A DNA stretch of 64,000 bases from Roseibacillus sp. (GCA_965242925.1 CBDEUM010000022.1:192001-256000), one strand, 5' to 3'. Positions 10,098 to 22,413 are shown, counted from the first letter of the stretch. Program-made: numbers and translations. Notes: generated from the letters alone by a model not told the origin.

Positions 10098-10826
10098 TTA
10101 CCGCAATTCATAGCCCAGTGCACTGAGCCCATACATTACTGCGGTTTCCACCCGCAGGATAAGGGGGCCGAAGCTCACCAGCTGGAATCCACCTGCCACC
10201 GCTGATTCGGTCTCGGCGGCAGAAAAATCTCCCTCAGGACCGATCAGCAGATCCACTCCTTCCAGTTCCGGGGGCAATCCCCCGAGGACTTTCTTCAGCG
10301 AAACCGCATCATCACGGAGGGAGGCCAGTAACCCGGCACGGCCACCCCGATCTCCCAGCACTTTCTCCAGTGAGGCAACCGCCCTTACTTCCGGCACAAA
10401 GTTCCGCCCGCATTGCTTGCAGGCCTCCAGCGCAACCCGTTGCCACTTCTCCCGCTTGCCGGCCCCGCTTTCGTCTTCCAGACGCACCACGGTATGCTCG
10501 GTAACCAGCGGTTGAATTTGATCCACCCCCAGCTCAACGGCCTTCTGCACCACAAGCTCCATCATCTTCCCCTTCGGAATGGCAACCGCCAGTCCAATCC
10601 CCGGACTCGCCCGCCTGTCCCTCCCTTCTTCCTCCACCATCACCGCAACCAACCCGTCACTCTCGTCCGCAATCACTCCCCTTCCCCAGCGTCCCGCCCC
10701 GTCGAAGATTTCCACCTTGTCAGCCGTCCGCTTGCGCATCACGCGCAGGCAGTGGTGACTCTCCTCGCGTCCCAGCAAGGCCCGGTCTTCATTCCAGTCC
10801 TCGGCGCCCACGAAAAATCTGTCCAT
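10098..10826 (-). CDS. rsmE: 16S rRNA m3U1498 methyltransferase
   Basis: HHCLRVMR, QKAVELGV, IGPEGDFS and ILRVETA. Confidence 0.95.
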   Translation of the reverse strand: MDRFFVGAEDWNEDRALLGREESHHCLRVMRKRTADKVEIFDGAGRWGRGVIADESDGLVAVMVEEEGRDRRASPGIGLAVAIPKGKMMELVVQKAVELGVDQIQPLVTEHTVVRLEDESGAGKREKWQRVALEACKQCGRNFVPEVRAVASLEKVLGDRGGRAGLLASLRDDAVSLKKVLGGLPPELEGVDLLIGPEGDFSAAETESAVAGGFQLVSFGPLILRVETAVMYGLSALGYELR

Positions 10827-10867
10827 CCTCCCAGCCTGCAGGTCAATACACCATTCGCCCTGCGCTC

Positions 10868-12013
10868 CTACAGATTGAAGAAACGCTTTGTTTTCTCAAG
10901 AAAGCTCTCATGCATCGGAGAGTTCTCCTCGCCGATCGACTCGGTGAAGGTCTCCAGTTTCTCCTTCTGCTCACCACTCAAACGGGTGGGCACCTCCACG
11001 CGAACCTCCACGTGCAGGTCGCCCTTGCGTCCGCTGCTGATATCCCGGATGCCACGATTCCGCAGGCGGAAGATCGTACCGCTCTGCGTTCCCGCGGGAA
11101 TCTTGATGGAAGCTGGACCTTCCAGAGTGGGGACACCCAGTTCCCCCCCGAGAGCCGCCGTTCCGAAAGAGACAGGCACTTCACAGAAGAGATCCTCTCC
11201 ACGCCGCTCAAAGACATCATGCCGCTTTACGTGCAGAACAATGTGCAGATCGCCGGACGGTCCGCCCCGCACGCCCGCATCGCCGTTGCCGCTCGAACGC
11301 AACCGAATGCCATGATCGACCCCGGCCGGAATCTCGACCTGGGTTCGATCCATCTTCTCAACCCGGCCCTGCCCACGGCAGTCGGGACACGGATCGGAAA
11401 TCTCCTGCCCGGAACCATCACAGCCAGGGCATGCCACCTGCTTGCGGAAGATGCCTCCGAATCCCTCCATCCTCTGCTCCACGATCCCGTGACCGTGACA
11501 GGTTGCACAGGTCTGCGCTCCGTCCCCGCTCTTTGAACCGGATGCTCCACAGGTTTCGCACGCCACGTACTTCTCCAACTCAAGACCCTTGGAGACCCCG
11601 CTGGCGGTCTCTTCCAACGTGACCTCAAGATTATAGCGCAGATCACTACCACGCTTGCGACCGTCCCGGCTACGTCCCGATCCTCCTCCGAAAAAATCGC
11701 CGAAACCTCCGCCAAAGACCTGCGAAAAGATGTCCATCGGATCGTGGAATCCACCTGCTCCGAATCCTCCACCGCCACCTCCCGTCTTGAAGGCCGCATG
11801 CCCATAGCGGTCATAGGCTGCCCGCTTCTCCTCATCACTGAGCACTTCGTAAGCCTCCCCCAGTTCCTTGAACCTCTCTTCCGCGCCGGGATCATCCGGA
11901 TTCTGGTCCGGATGAAACTTCATCGCGAGCTTGCGATAGGACTTCTTGATCTCCGCCGCGCTGGAGTCTTTCGAAGCACCCAGCACCTCGTAATAGTCGC
12001 CAGTAGATGCCAT
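10868..12013 (-). CDS. dnaJ: Chaperone DnaJ
   Basis: J domain with HPD, G/F region and four CxxCxGxG-type repeats. Confidence 0.97.
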   Translation of the reverse strand: MASTGDYYEVLGASKDSSAAEIKKSYRKLAMKFHPDQNPDDPGAEERFKELGEAYEVLSDEEKRAAYDRYGHAAFKTGGGGGGFGAGGFHDPMDIFSQVFGGGFGDFFGGGSGRSRDGRKRGSDLRYNLEVTLEETASGVSKGLELEKYVACETCGASGSKSGDGAQTCATCHGHGIVEQRMEGFGGIFRKQVACPGCDGSGQEISDPCPDCRGQGRVEKMDRTQVEIPAGVDHGIRLRSSGNGDAGVRGGPSGDLHIVLHVKRHDVFERRGEDLFCEVPVSFGTAALGGELGVPTLEGPASIKIPAGTQSGTIFRLRNRGIRDISSGRKGDLHVEVRVEVPTRLSGEQKEKLETFTESIGEENSPMHESFLEKTKRFFNL

Positions 12014-12649
12014 CTACTTGTTCTCCTCCCTTTCCGCCGGTGCCGGCACCTCGTCTGGTTCCGGCGCCCTGGCCACCACCACGTTTGCGGGGCGCAGCAG
12101 GCGGTCACTCATCCGGTAGCCACGGCGGATGACCCGCAAAACCTTGCCCTCCTCCGAGTCCGAGCACTCCTCCTGCGAAACCGCTTCGTGCACGGAAGGA
12201 TCGAATATCTCTCCCTCCGCCCGGATTTCCTCGACCCCCTGACTCGACAGGAATTCGTCGAGCTGCTTCTTCACCATTTCCATGCCACGATAAATCATCG
12301 ACTCCGAATCAGCCGCCGCGGCCTGGAGTCCCATCTGGAAGTTGTCGAACACGGGAAGGAGTTCCTCCAGAAGCAACTGGTTGGCATAGCACCGCGCTTC
12401 ACGCTTCTCGCGCTCCATCCGCTTCCGAAAGTTTTCCAGGTCGGCCGCGGAACGCATGGCACGCTCCCGCCACTCCGCGATCTGCTCTTCCGCCGTGGGC
12501 TCTGCCTGTTCCTCCTCCTCGCCAGCGGAACTCTCCTCCGCATGGGGTTCTTCTCCTTCCCCATCCTGCCCTGCCACTTCTGCCTCCACAGAATTCTCCA
12601 CCGGAACCTGCTCTTCGATTTCCGCCTCACCGGATGGCTCGTGCTGCAT
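12014..12649 (-). CDS. grpE: Nucleotide exchange factor GrpE
   Basis: ADLENFRKR, FDPSVHEAV and GYRMSDRLLRPANVVV. Confidence 0.96.
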   Translation of the reverse strand: MQHEPSGEAEIEEQVPVENSVEAEVAGQDGEGEEPHAEESSAGEEEEQAEPTAEEQIAEWRERAMRSAADLENFRKRMEREKREARCYANQLLLEELLPVFDNFQMGLQAAAADSESMIYRGMEMVKKQLDEFLSSQGVEEIRAEGEIFDPSVHEAVSQEECSDSEEGKVLRVIRRGYRMSDRLLRPANVVVARAPEPDEVPAPAEREENK

Positions 12650-12718
12650 GGGGAGACCAATACCCGGCCCCACTCTGTGGTCAACCCTGAGCATTCACTT
12701 CTCCGGTGTCCTTCGACC

Positions 12719-13228
12719 CTATTCGCCCACAGCCCGCTTCTCCAGGACATCGAGTACGGCAGAAAACTTCCCGGCATTTTCCTCGCTGGCCTCACACAAT
12801 TTCCGGTGCGCTTCAAGGATATGCGCAGCGTCCAGGTTACCCGGAGCTTCCGCTGAGAACGATTCCAGGGTCCCACGCACATCTTCGACATGGCCACACC
12901 ACTCGCTGTCCGCCGGATCGATCTCCAGCAACGCCTCCAATCCGAGATCCTGTAACAACTGGCGGTTACGCTCGCACACACCGTTCAATTGCAGTCGCCC
13001 CCCCGCAGTCCTGGATATCCGCATGGCCAATCCGGCCAGGGTGCCCATGAAGGTCGAATCCATTGCCGGACAGTCGCCCAAATCAATCACAAACTGCGTC
13101 TCACCGCTTTCCAGGCTGCTCTCAATGAAGCCCTTCAGCGGCGGACTGGTTGAAAACGAACCCTTCCCCTTGATGCGGATCCATACAAATCCGTCAGTTG
13201 TTCCGACATCGAGGGCGTCGTAGTCCAT
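12719..13228 (-). CDS. STAS-domain (anti-anti-sigma) protein
   Basis: VIDLGDCPAMDSTFMGTL STAS motif with the phospho-acceptor Ser. Confidence 0.88.
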   Translation of the reverse strand: MDYDALDVGTTDGFVWIRIKGKGSFSTSPPLKGFIESSLESGETQFVIDLGDCPAMDSTFMGTLAGLAMRISRTAGGRLQLNGVCERNRQLLQDLGLEALLEIDPADSEWCGHVEDVRGTLESFSAEAPGNLDAAHILEAHRKLCEASEENAGKFSAVLDVLEKRAVGE

Positions 13229-13303
13229 CAAGGGTAACTAGCAGAGGGGGTTCAGCGCCACAGCTTACGACAGGATCAACAATCCGTCAATCACGCAAGG
13301 AGG

Positions 13304-13753
13304 TCACTCCCATAAATATGATTGTCTGGTCTCTTCCAACCGGTCACCACGATAGTAGCTGAGGTGCCACGAGAGAATCCGCCCACCCTCCAGGTAAACC
13401 GGCCCGGTGACACGCAATTCGGTCTTGCCTTCGCTCCCGGCCGGGGCCGAGACCTCAAGCTGCCGGATCTCACTGCCAGCCCCAGCCTGCCGATAGCGGA
13501 ACACCAGACGGACTGGTTTCTCCTCCTCCCCCTCCGGCCCGTGCCACTCGATCGTATAATAGTGGCCCAGCCGGTTCCGGCGCTCTTCCGCGGTAACCGC
13601 CCCGTGGAAGCGATTCAATTGCTCCGCCCGGGGGGCGCCCATTCCCTTTGCCACGGTGCGAGAGCGAAGATGGTATTGCCGGATTTCCAGAGAACTCCGG
13701 GGACCTGAACACGAGATCAAACCAAGGACCGCAAGAATCGCCAGCCAACGCAC
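13304..13753 (-). CDS. Hypothetical lipoprotein
   Basis: Signal peptide with lipobox LISC; fills the gap between neighbouring genes. Confidence 0.7.
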   Translation of the reverse strand: MRWLAILAVLGLISCSGPRSSLEIRQYHLRSRTVAKGMGAPRAEQLNRFHGAVTAEERRNRLGHYYTIEWHGPEGEEEKPVRLVFRYRQAGAGSEIRQLEVSAPAGSEGKTELRVTGPVYLEGGRILSWHLSYYRGDRLEETRQSYLWE

Positions 13754-13855
13754 CTCCCCAGAGCAACATGGCCTCCCCCCCGCAGCAAGAACACGTTTTT
13801 GCCCGAAACTAAAAAATCGGATTCACCCCTGCGCCGGCACTGTCATACTGACACC

Positions 13856-14356
13856 ATGACGCCGGAAATCCGCAAACGGTTTAACGCCTTCATCAAAATG
13901 AAGGGGCTCCGGCACACTCCACAGCGCAATGCCATCGTGGAGATCATCTTTGCCGGCGATGAGCACTTCACCCCGGACGAGCTCTGGGAGAAGTTGCGGG
14001 GCACGGACAACCGGACATCCCGGGCCACCCTTTACCGCACTCTCTCCCTTCTGTCGGAAGCCGGACTCCTCCAGGAAATCGATCTGGGTGACGGCCAGAC
14101 GACCTACGACCCCAACTTCCTTGAAAAGCCGGCCCACAATCACCTCGTTTGTGTCGATTGCGGCAAGATCATCGAGTTCGAGGACGACCACCTTGAGGTT
14201 CTCAATGAGTGCATCACCCGGCGACTAGGATTCCACTCCATCAAACAGACCCTGCGCATCGAAGCCTGTTGCGAGGAGCTTCGGACGGAGGGACGTTGCC
14301 CCAACCTGATCCAGGCCCGCCTGAAGAGGCAGCGTCTCCCGGGCAGGAAACGCTGA
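13856..14356 (+). CDS. Fur-family transcriptional regulator
   Basis: TPQR, HFT, SRATLYRTL and HNHLVCVDCGKIIEF. Confidence 0.93.
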   Translation: MTPEIRKRFNAFIKMKGLRHTPQRNAIVEIIFAGDEHFTPDELWEKLRGTDNRTSRATLYRTLSLLSEAGLLQEIDLGDGQTTYDPNFLEKPAHNHLVCVDCGKIIEFEDDHLEVLNECITRRLGFHSIKQTLRIEACCEELRTEGRCPNLIQARLKRQRLPGRKR

Positions 14357-14596
14357 AGATTAGGGGAAACCGCAGATTGACTCAGCTTTCTAACCAATAT
14401 TCCCTCCCTTGCCGGAGCGTGTCATTCATCCTCGGGGAAATCCAGGCGTGAGCCCCCCGGATCAACAGCCCCTTCACTGCCACCGGCACCAGTTCTCCTC
14501 CCGGTTTGCTCTCTTCCGGGAAAGCAGTCCTCCTGCTTTTCCGCCTCCATATTTTGACGCCGCCCCCTCCTCCTGTTAGCGGATGGCGGAACAATC

Positions 14597-15730
14597 ATGA
14601 ATTCGATCCACGGCGCCCCCTCCTTTCAGTTGAAATCCGACTGTGTCGAACTTTCCATCACCCAAACCGCAGGAATGCTGGCTCCCGTCATCTTCCGTTC
14701 CGGTGGCTCGGAGTTCTCTCCTTACGCGCTCGCACCCTGGAAACCGGACGAACTTGAGGGAAGCCTTCCCAACCTGCTCAAGTATCTGAGGGGGGACTTC
14801 TTCTGCCTTCCCTTCGGTCCGCAGGACAACGGTGATCCCCACGGTGACACCGCCAATGCGGAATGGTCCCTGGTGAAACAGGAAGAGGGCCTCCTTCACC
14901 TGGCCCTTGACCCGGGTGACGTGGGTGGACGGGTCGAAAAGGTCCTCCGGTTGAAATCCGGACATGCCGCCGTCTACTGCGAACACCGCATCTCGGGAGC
15001 AGAGGGGCGCTTCAGTTACGGAACCCATCCCATCCTCGATTTCTCCGGTCTGGCGGAAGGTCAGGGCCGGGTCACAACCTCTCCCTTCCGGTGGGCATCG
15101 GTCAATCCGGGGCTCTTTTCCGACCCCGCCAACCACGAATACCAGGCCCTTGTTCCGGGTGCACGGTTTACCGACCTGCGAGAAGTTCCCCTTGCAACGG
15201 AACCGCCTTCCGCCCCGGATCAGGTCTCTGCCGCGGGAACCACCGACCTTACCCGCTACCCGGCGCGCCAGGGATTCGAGGATCTCGTCATGCTCGTCAA
15301 CGAGGAGGCGAGCAAGGAGCAACCATTTGCCTGGACCGCCGCCGTCCTCGACGGCTGCGTCTGGTTTTCGCTCAAGAATCCTGCCGACTTTCCCGCTACC
15401 CTGTTCTGGATTTCCAATGGCGGCCGGCGGGGGGCTCCCTGGGACGGTCAGTACCTCGGACGACTCGGCCTGGAGGAGGTGTGCTCACACTTTGCCGACA
15501 ATGTGACCAGCTCACGGGAAGACAGGCTGGACGGGGAGAACATTCCCACCACCCGGTCCTTTTCAAGGGACGAAGTGGTCTCCCTGCGGATCGTGCAGGC
15601 CGTCACCGCCATTCCCGCCGATTTCGGCGCGGTGGTCTCCATTGTTCCTGGTGGGTCCGAGGATGTCACCATCACTTCGGACACCGGAGCCACCGTGGAG
15701 GTGGCGGTGAACTGGAGTTTCACAGCCTGA
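14597..15730 (+). CDS. Hypothetical protein, possibly galactose-mutarotase-like fold
   Basis: GDFFCLPFG...PHG and FSYGTHP motifs reminiscent of aldose epimerases; first gene of the sugar cluster. Confidence 0.6.
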   Translation: MNSIHGAPSFQLKSDCVELSITQTAGMLAPVIFRSGGSEFSPYALAPWKPDELEGSLPNLLKYLRGDFFCLPFGPQDNGDPHGDTANAEWSLVKQEEGLLHLALDPGDVGGRVEKVLRLKSGHAAVYCEHRISGAEGRFSYGTHPILDFSGLAEGQGRVTTSPFRWASVNPGLFSDPANHEYQALVPGARFTDLREVPLATEPPSAPDQVSAAGTTDLTRYPARQGFEDLVMLVNEEASKEQPFAWTAAVLDGCVWFSLKNPADFPATLFWISNGGRRGAPWDGQYLGRLGLEEVCSHFADNVTSSREDRLDGENIPTTRSFSRDEVVSLRIVQAVTAIPADFGAVVSIVPGGSEDVTITSDTGATVEVAVNWSFTA

Positions 15731-16013
15731 ACGAGGCGAGCCCCGACCAGTTCAGATTCAACCACACGCTGATCTCCCCGCGCAGGCTCCCGGCAAGAAG
15801 TCTCATTTCGGCCTGACGCCTCACTCCCGGGGGGAATCTTGCCACCGACACCAATCCCACGGCCCGCAGGCCGTGGAAGAAAACCACCTCCCCTCGAAAA
15901 ATCGTGCATCCGGCACCGCCCTCCCCTTCACTCTCTGCCGCGGAGCAGGCCGTCCGCGTCGACAACCCGGATTCACTCTCCCCTTTCCCCTCATCACTCA
16001 CTCCCTTGACATC

Positions 16014-17276
16014 ATGAGTCATCCCCGCACGACCGAAGACCTCACTACTGCCTCCAGTAACGTTCGCAGCCTCGTGGACGGTCACCTTGAAGACACCGGA
16101 GGCCTCCTTCGTCTCGCCCCGACCTGGGTGCCCCGCTCCTTCCTCCAGCCTGGACTGCGGATCAAGCTCCACCCCGACGACACTTATGCCTACGGCCTGA
16201 GCCGGGGGGGAATTGACGAACGCTGGTTCGCCTCCACAACCGAGTGCGCCAACGAAGGCCGCGTAGCAGACGAAGGGCTTTCCTACGTGGTGGTGGGAAA
16301 AGAGCGCTTCACCCTGCGCGATGCGGTGGCCGAATGCGGTGCCGACCTCATCGGTTCTGCCATCTGGGACAAGTACGGCAAGTGGCCGGTCTATTCCAAG
16401 TTCTTCGACAATATGGGCCCGATTCCCCATCACATGCATCAGAATGCCGAGCAGGCCGCCCTGGTCGGCCAGGAGGGCAAACCCGAGAGCTACTACTTCC
16501 CTCCCCAGCATAACAACGTGGGCAACAACTTCCCCTACACCTTCATGGGATTCGAACCCGGCACCACCCGGCAGCAGGTCTACGACTGCATCGCCAACTG
16601 GCACAAGGGCGACAACAGGATCCTCGAACTCTCCAAGGCCTACAAGCTGCAACCCGGAACCGGCTGGCTCATCGACCCCTGTGTCCTGCACGCGCCGGGT
16701 TCCCTCTGCACCTACGAACCGCAATGGGGCTCCGACGTTTTCGGCATGTACCAAAATCTGGTGGAGGGCCGGGAAGTTCCCTGGTCCCTCCTCGTCAAGG
16801 ACATGCCTGAGGACAAACATGAAGACATCGACTTCATCATCGACCAGCTCGACTGGGAGAAAAACCTCGATCCAACCTTCAAGGACAACCACTACCTTGA
16901 ACCTGTCACTTCCGGGCAGGAAGATGGTTACCACGACAAATGGATTGTCTACGGGAAGATTGACGGGGAACAACTCTTCACTGCCAAGGAGCTCACCGTG
17001 GAACCCGGCCAGACGTGCACCGTCAGGGATGGCGGAGCCTACGGTCTGATCGTGGTGCAGGGTGAGGGCCACGCCAACAAGCTGCGCCTGAACTGCCCCA
17101 AACTTCTCCGCTTCAACGAACTTTCCCAGGACGAGTTCTTCGCCACTGAGGCGGCCGCACGGGACGGGGTGACCTTTGAGAACACTTCCGATACCGAACC
17201 TCTCGTCTGCCTCCGCTACTTCGGCCCCGAAACCCAGCCCGACGCCCCCGAAATGGGCGCCTACAAAACCGGGTAA
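16014..17276 (+). CDS. Phosphomannose-isomerase-like cupin
   Basis: KFFDNMGPIPHHMHQ...GKPESYY...LHAPG parallels the type I PMI metal-binding motifs. Confidence 0.7.
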   Translation: MSHPRTTEDLTTASSNVRSLVDGHLEDTGGLLRLAPTWVPRSFLQPGLRIKLHPDDTYAYGLSRGGIDERWFASTTECANEGRVADEGLSYVVVGKERFTLRDAVAECGADLIGSAIWDKYGKWPVYSKFFDNMGPIPHHMHQNAEQAALVGQEGKPESYYFPPQHNNVGNNFPYTFMGFEPGTTRQQVYDCIANWHKGDNRILELSKAYKLQPGTGWLIDPCVLHAPGSLCTYEPQWGSDVFGMYQNLVEGREVPWSLLVKDMPEDKHEDIDFIIDQLDWEKNLDPTFKDNHYLEPVTSGQEDGYHDKWIVYGKIDGEQLFTAKELTVEPGQTCTVRDGGAYGLIVVQGEGHANKLRLNCPKLLRFNELSQDEFFATEAAARDGVTFENTSDTEPLVCLRYFGPETQPDAPEMGAYKTG

Positions 17277-17363
17277 ACAGGTCGACGCTCCCCCGAACAG
17301 AGCCCCCGCTACGAACCTGCTGGACTCCCTGCCCTTCGTAATGACGAACCCTGGCAAGTGGAA

Positions 17364-17690
17364 ATGAACGGGAAGCCATCCGTCCAGCAACTCCGCAGGA
17401 CCAAGCGGCGCTGGCTCCTCATTCTCTGGTGCTGCGGCCTCCTTCTCGCCCTCTCCATCATCCTGGGCATGGGATCCACCCTCAATCGCCTCCGCCAGAC
17501 CGTCCAACTGACCGACGACCCCTCCCTCTCCGAAGCCACCTACGAGGAGATGATCCAAGGCACCCTGCTCGCCGGAAAGCTGGGTTTGGTCTTCGGAGTC
17601 CTGGCCTTCTCCGGCTATCTCGGCGCCGTGCTCATGCACCACCGGGCCAGGCAGCAACTCCGCCGCGCCCGCGAAGAGGATCACACCTAG
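17364..17690 (+). CDS. Small two-TM membrane protein
   Basis: Two hydrophobic helices; co-oriented with the cluster. Confidence 0.6.
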   Translation: MNGKPSVQQLRRTKRRWLLILWCCGLLLALSIILGMGSTLNRLRQTVQLTDDPSLSEATYEEMIQGTLLAGKLGLVFGVLAFSGYLGAVLMHHRARQQLRRAREEDHT

Positions 17691-17823
17691 TGGTTTTCAC
17701 GGGAACCCGGGAGGGAACTTTTTCCCTTCCCCGTCCCGCCCTTCACCCTCTAGGTTCCCTCCCGGCAGCAGTGGACCGCACCGCTCAATCGCTGCTCTAC
17801 TTAACATCACACATCTCTTAATC

Positions 17824-18852
17824 ATGCCCAGCAAACCAGCATTGCACAACGCCATGTGGCCCGGACTCGTCGGCAAGGGCGACGAGGAAGGCCAGGAACC
17901 ACCCATCTCGCTCGAGCGCATGCTTGAACTGACCGCCGCCGCCGAGGTCGATGGCCAGAAGTTTGACGGGATCGATTACTTCCTCTTCCTGCCTCACACC
18001 GATCCCGAGGCCAGTGACGACGAACTCAAGGGCATCGCCGACCTGATCCAGGGCAAAGGCTTCGATATCGGCTCCCTCGTCGCACCCGTGTGGCCCGGCA
18101 CCGTCGGCGACTCCGCCATGGGCTCCGACGAGCAACAAGCCAAGTTCCTCGACGCCGTCAAGATGGCCTGCCGCATCGCCAAGGTCTTCAATGAACATGG
18201 TGCCCGCAAATACGGAGTCATCCGCATCGATTCCGCGGAATTCGGCGTTGCCAAATTCCTCGAAGATCCCGCCACCAACCTCAAGCGCATCGCGGCTACC
18301 TTCAAGGAAGCCGCCAAGATCGCTGCCGACCACGGCGAACGCCTGGCCGCCGAAGGTGAAGTCTGCTGGGCCGGTCTCCATTCCTGGAAAGCCGCCGTCG
18401 CTCTCATGGAAGAAGTCGGCATGCCGGAATCCCTCGGATTCCAGGCCGATCTCGCCCACACCTACACCTTCATGCTCGGCTACAATGCCCCTGAGGACGG
18501 CCTTCTGCAGAAGGACCACAGCGAGGAGGAGTTCTGGGCCGCCTACGAAAAGGTCACCACCGCCCTCCGCCCCTGGACCATCGATTTCCACGTGGCCCAG
18601 AACGACGGCGAAGTGCACGGCGCCGGCAGCCATGACAAGACCGGCAAGCACTGCCCCGCTGACGACCCCAACGGCAAACTCGATATCGCCAGGTGCGCCG
18701 GCTACTGGCTTGAGGGTGCCCGGGACCGCGGGATCCAGCACATCTGTTGGGATGGATGCATGTTCCCGAACGAAACCCTTGAGAAACCCGAAACCTGGAA
18801 TGCCATCCTCAAGTCCATGATCGACGTTCGCGACGCCCACGGCTGGGATTAA
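17824..18852 (+). CDS. Sugar isomerase/epimerase, xylose-isomerase-like TIM barrel
   Basis: [21 protein letters not shown] and CWDG metal-ligand pattern. Confidence 0.85.
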   Translation: MPSKPALHNAMWPGLVGKGDEEGQEPPISLERMLELTAAAEVDGQKFDGIDYFLFLPHTDPEASDDELKGIADLIQGKGFDIGSLVAPVWPGTVGDSAMGSDEQQAKFLDAVKMACRIAKVFNEHGARKYGVIRIDSAEFGVAKFLEDPATNLKRIAATFKEAAKIAADHGERLAAEGEVCWAGLHSWKAAVALMEEVGMPESLGFQADLAHTYTFMLGYNAPEDGLLQKDHSEEEFWAAYEKVTTALRPWTIDFHVAQNDGEVHGAGSHDKTGKHCPADDPNGKLDIARCAGYWLEGARDRGIQHICWDGCMFPNETLEKPETWNAILKSMIDVRDAHGWD

Positions 18853-18891
18853 GTCCGCCCGCAACCTGGAAACTCTAAGAGAAACTCGAGC

Positions 18892-20034
<1,143 letters not shown>

Positions 20035-20061
20035 GCAGCAATCTTCCCCATGGATCCTGGC

Positions 20062-20097
20062 AGCCTTTCCTGTTCCGGCAGGGAAGGTTTCTTATTT
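20062..20097 (+). terminator. Probable intrinsic terminator
   Basis: Stem AGCCTTTCCTG/CAGGGAAGGTT followed by a T-rich tail, just downstream of the Gfo/Idh/MocA stop. Confidence 0.55.
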
Positions 20098-20223
20098 CAC
20101 GAACCACCCTGCCCCGGTTGACGGATGCCCACCCTCCCCGGGATGCTCCGGGAACGGGAAAAAGACTTGGACTCCCCCGGCGAAAGGTGTCACACCACGC
20201 TCCCAACCACCATCAGACAGTCC

Positions 20224-20622
20224 ATGCTCCAGGAAGGTATTCTCAATCCCCACGTTCTCGATCTCATCGCCCGCATCCGCCACACCAATACCCTGGTCAT
20301 CTGCGACTGGGCCTTCCCCTACTGGAGCGAAATCGAAACCGTGGACCTCGCTCTCACCCGCGGCATTCCCAACGTCCTCGATGTCCTCAAGCTTCTCCAG
20401 CCCAATTTCAAGGTCGGCCACATCCGGCAGGCCCAGGAATTCCTCAACACCAATCCGCCGGAGACCATCGCAGCATTCGACGAGTGCTTCGCCACCTTTT
20501 CCGATGCCCAGATCACCCGCGAACCGCACCTTGAGTTCAAGACCCGCGTCCCCAAAGCCATCGGTCTCATTCGCACCGGCGATCCCACCGCATATGGGAA
20601 CGTCATCGTGGAATCGGTGTGA
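20224..20622 (+). CDS. RbsD/FucU-family pyranase/mutarotase
   Basis: MLQEGILNPH..RHTNTLVICD, DLALTRGIP and IRTGDPTAYGN. Confidence 0.9.
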   Translation: MLQEGILNPHVLDLIARIRHTNTLVICDWAFPYWSEIETVDLALTRGIPNVLDVLKLLQPNFKVGHIRQAQEFLNTNPPETIAAFDECFATFSDAQITREPHLEFKTRVPKAIGLIRTGDPTAYGNVIVESV

Positions 20623-20746
20623 CGCCTTGTGATGGGAAAAGGCAAGACGGGATGATGCCGTGTCCCAATCGACCCGGTCTTGGTTGAACGCTTCCTGAGA
20701 AGCCTTTACCCTCTCCCTTCCGCCCTGCACCAATTCACCAACTGCC

Positions 20747-21775
20747 ATGAAAGCAATCGAATTCACCCGGCCCGAGGTCATCACCATGATCGACCTGCCC
20801 GATCCCCCGGCCCCCGGCCCCGGGGAGGCATTGGTACGCACCCACCGCATGGGCATCTGCGGCACCGACCTCTCCGGCTATCTCGGCAAGATGCCCTTCT
20901 TTTCCTATCCCCGCATCCCCGGGCACGAATTGGGACTGGAGGTCCTCGCGGTGGGCGGGGGAGTGGACCATGTCCGGGTCGGTGACAAGTGTTCCCTTGA
21001 GCCCTACGTAAACGATCCCTCCTCCGCCACCAGCAAAAAGGGCCACAGCAACTGCTGTCCCGGAGTGCAGGTTCTGGGAGTTCACACTGACGGCGGACTG
21101 CGCCCCGAGTGGATCTGCCCCGCTCACAAGCTCCACCCCGGCAACAATCTCTCCTACGACCAGCTGGCCCTGGTCGAGACCCTCGCCATCGGCTACCACG
21201 CGGTGATCCGGGCCGATCCACAGCCAGGAGAAACGGTGCTTGTGATCGGAGCGGGCCCCATCGGCCTGGCTGTTCTGGAATTTCTCCGGCTTCACGACAT
21301 CAAGATCATCGTGATGGACATGGTGGAAAGTCGTCTTCAATTCTGCCGGGAAAAGCTTGGGATCGATCACACCATCGTCTTCAGCCCGGAAGGGTCCCAT
21401 CTCACCGAGCTCGAAAAGATCACCGGCGGTGAACTGGCGGACGCCGTCATCGATGCCACCGGAAGTGTCAGGTCGATGTCAACCTGCTTCGAGTATGCCG
21501 CCTTTACCGGCCGGGTGATCTACGTGGGCATCACCACTGAGACTCTCTCCTTCCCCCACGCTCCCGTCTTCCACCGTCGTGAACTCACCCTCCTCTCCAG
21601 CCGAAACGCCCTACCTGCCGACTTCGGGAAGATCATCACCCTCATTGCCGACGGCCAGATCGACACCGATATCTGGATCACCGACCGCCTGACCTTCGAC
21701 GACGTCCCCACGGAATTTGCAGCTTTTACCGATACCAGTCGCGGAACCGTCAAGGCCATCATCGAAATTGCCTAG
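20747..21775 (+). CDS. Zn-dependent (MDR) sugar-acid/alcohol dehydrogenase, YjjN/LgoD-like
   Basis: GICGTD, YPRIPGHE, GAGPIG and SSRNA. Confidence 0.9.
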   Translation: MKAIEFTRPEVITMIDLPDPPAPGPGEALVRTHRMGICGTDLSGYLGKMPFFSYPRIPGHELGLEVLAVGGGVDHVRVGDKCSLEPYVNDPSSATSKKGHSNCCPGVQVLGVHTDGGLRPEWICPAHKLHPGNNLSYDQLALVETLAIGYHAVIRADPQPGETVLVIGAGPIGLAVLEFLRLHDIKIIVMDMVESRLQFCREKLGIDHTIVFSPEGSHLTELEKITGGELADAVIDATGSVRSMSTCFEYAAFTGRVIYVGITTETLSFPHAPVFHRRELTLLSSRNALPADFGKIITLIADGQIDTDIWITDRLTFDDVPTEFAAFTDTSRGTVKAIIEIA

Positions 21776-21865
21776 CTGCGCCCCCCCTGTCGATTCAGGA
21801 GCATCTTTGACTTTAGGCCCTGTGGCCTTAATCTGCCACGGAGGCAGCCTTCTCCTCACTGCTCC

Positions 21866-22303
21866 ATGTTCTTCAAGCTCCTCATTCTCTTCATCCTCGT
21901 CCCCATTGTGGAACTGTTCCTCTTCCTGAGGATCGGTGTCCGGATCGGCCTCCCGGCCACCCTCGCCGTTATCCTTCTCACAGCGGTGATCGGGGCGGCA
22001 CTGACCAGATCACAGGGTGCCAGGACCCTCGCCAATTTCAGACAGGCGATGGGGCGGGGACAACTCCCCCACCGGGAAGCCCTCGACGGACTCCTCATCC
22101 TCCTGGCGGGAGCGGTCCTCCTCACCCCGGGTTTCCTGACTGACACGGTGGGCTTCCTCCTCCTCTTTCCGCCCGCGCGCCACGCCATCCGCGGGCGCCT
22201 CGGCCACTACCTCAAGGGGCGGATCCGGATCATCGATCCCCCGACCGGGACCCGGGATTCCGCCGAACAGAACCCCAAGGATAGCGATTTTATCGACATC
22301 TAA
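21866..22303 (+). CDS. fxsA: FxsA-family membrane protein
   Basis: ILVPIVEL and LLLTPGFLTD. Confidence 0.9.
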   Translation: MFFKLLILFILVPIVELFLFLRIGVRIGLPATLAVILLTAVIGAALTRSQGARTLANFRQAMGRGQLPHREALDGLLILLAGAVLLTPGFLTDTVGFLLLFPPARHAIRGRLGHYLKGRIRIIDPPTGTRDSAEQNPKDSDFIDI

Positions 22304-22413
22304 CAAGTATTGCACCCCTGGTGCGCTACCCCGCCCCGTTCCCAGACCCGTTTCTCCCGTGGAGGGTGATTTTTCGGGAACCCCGGGGAGTTTGTGGCAA
22401 TCTTCGCCACTAG

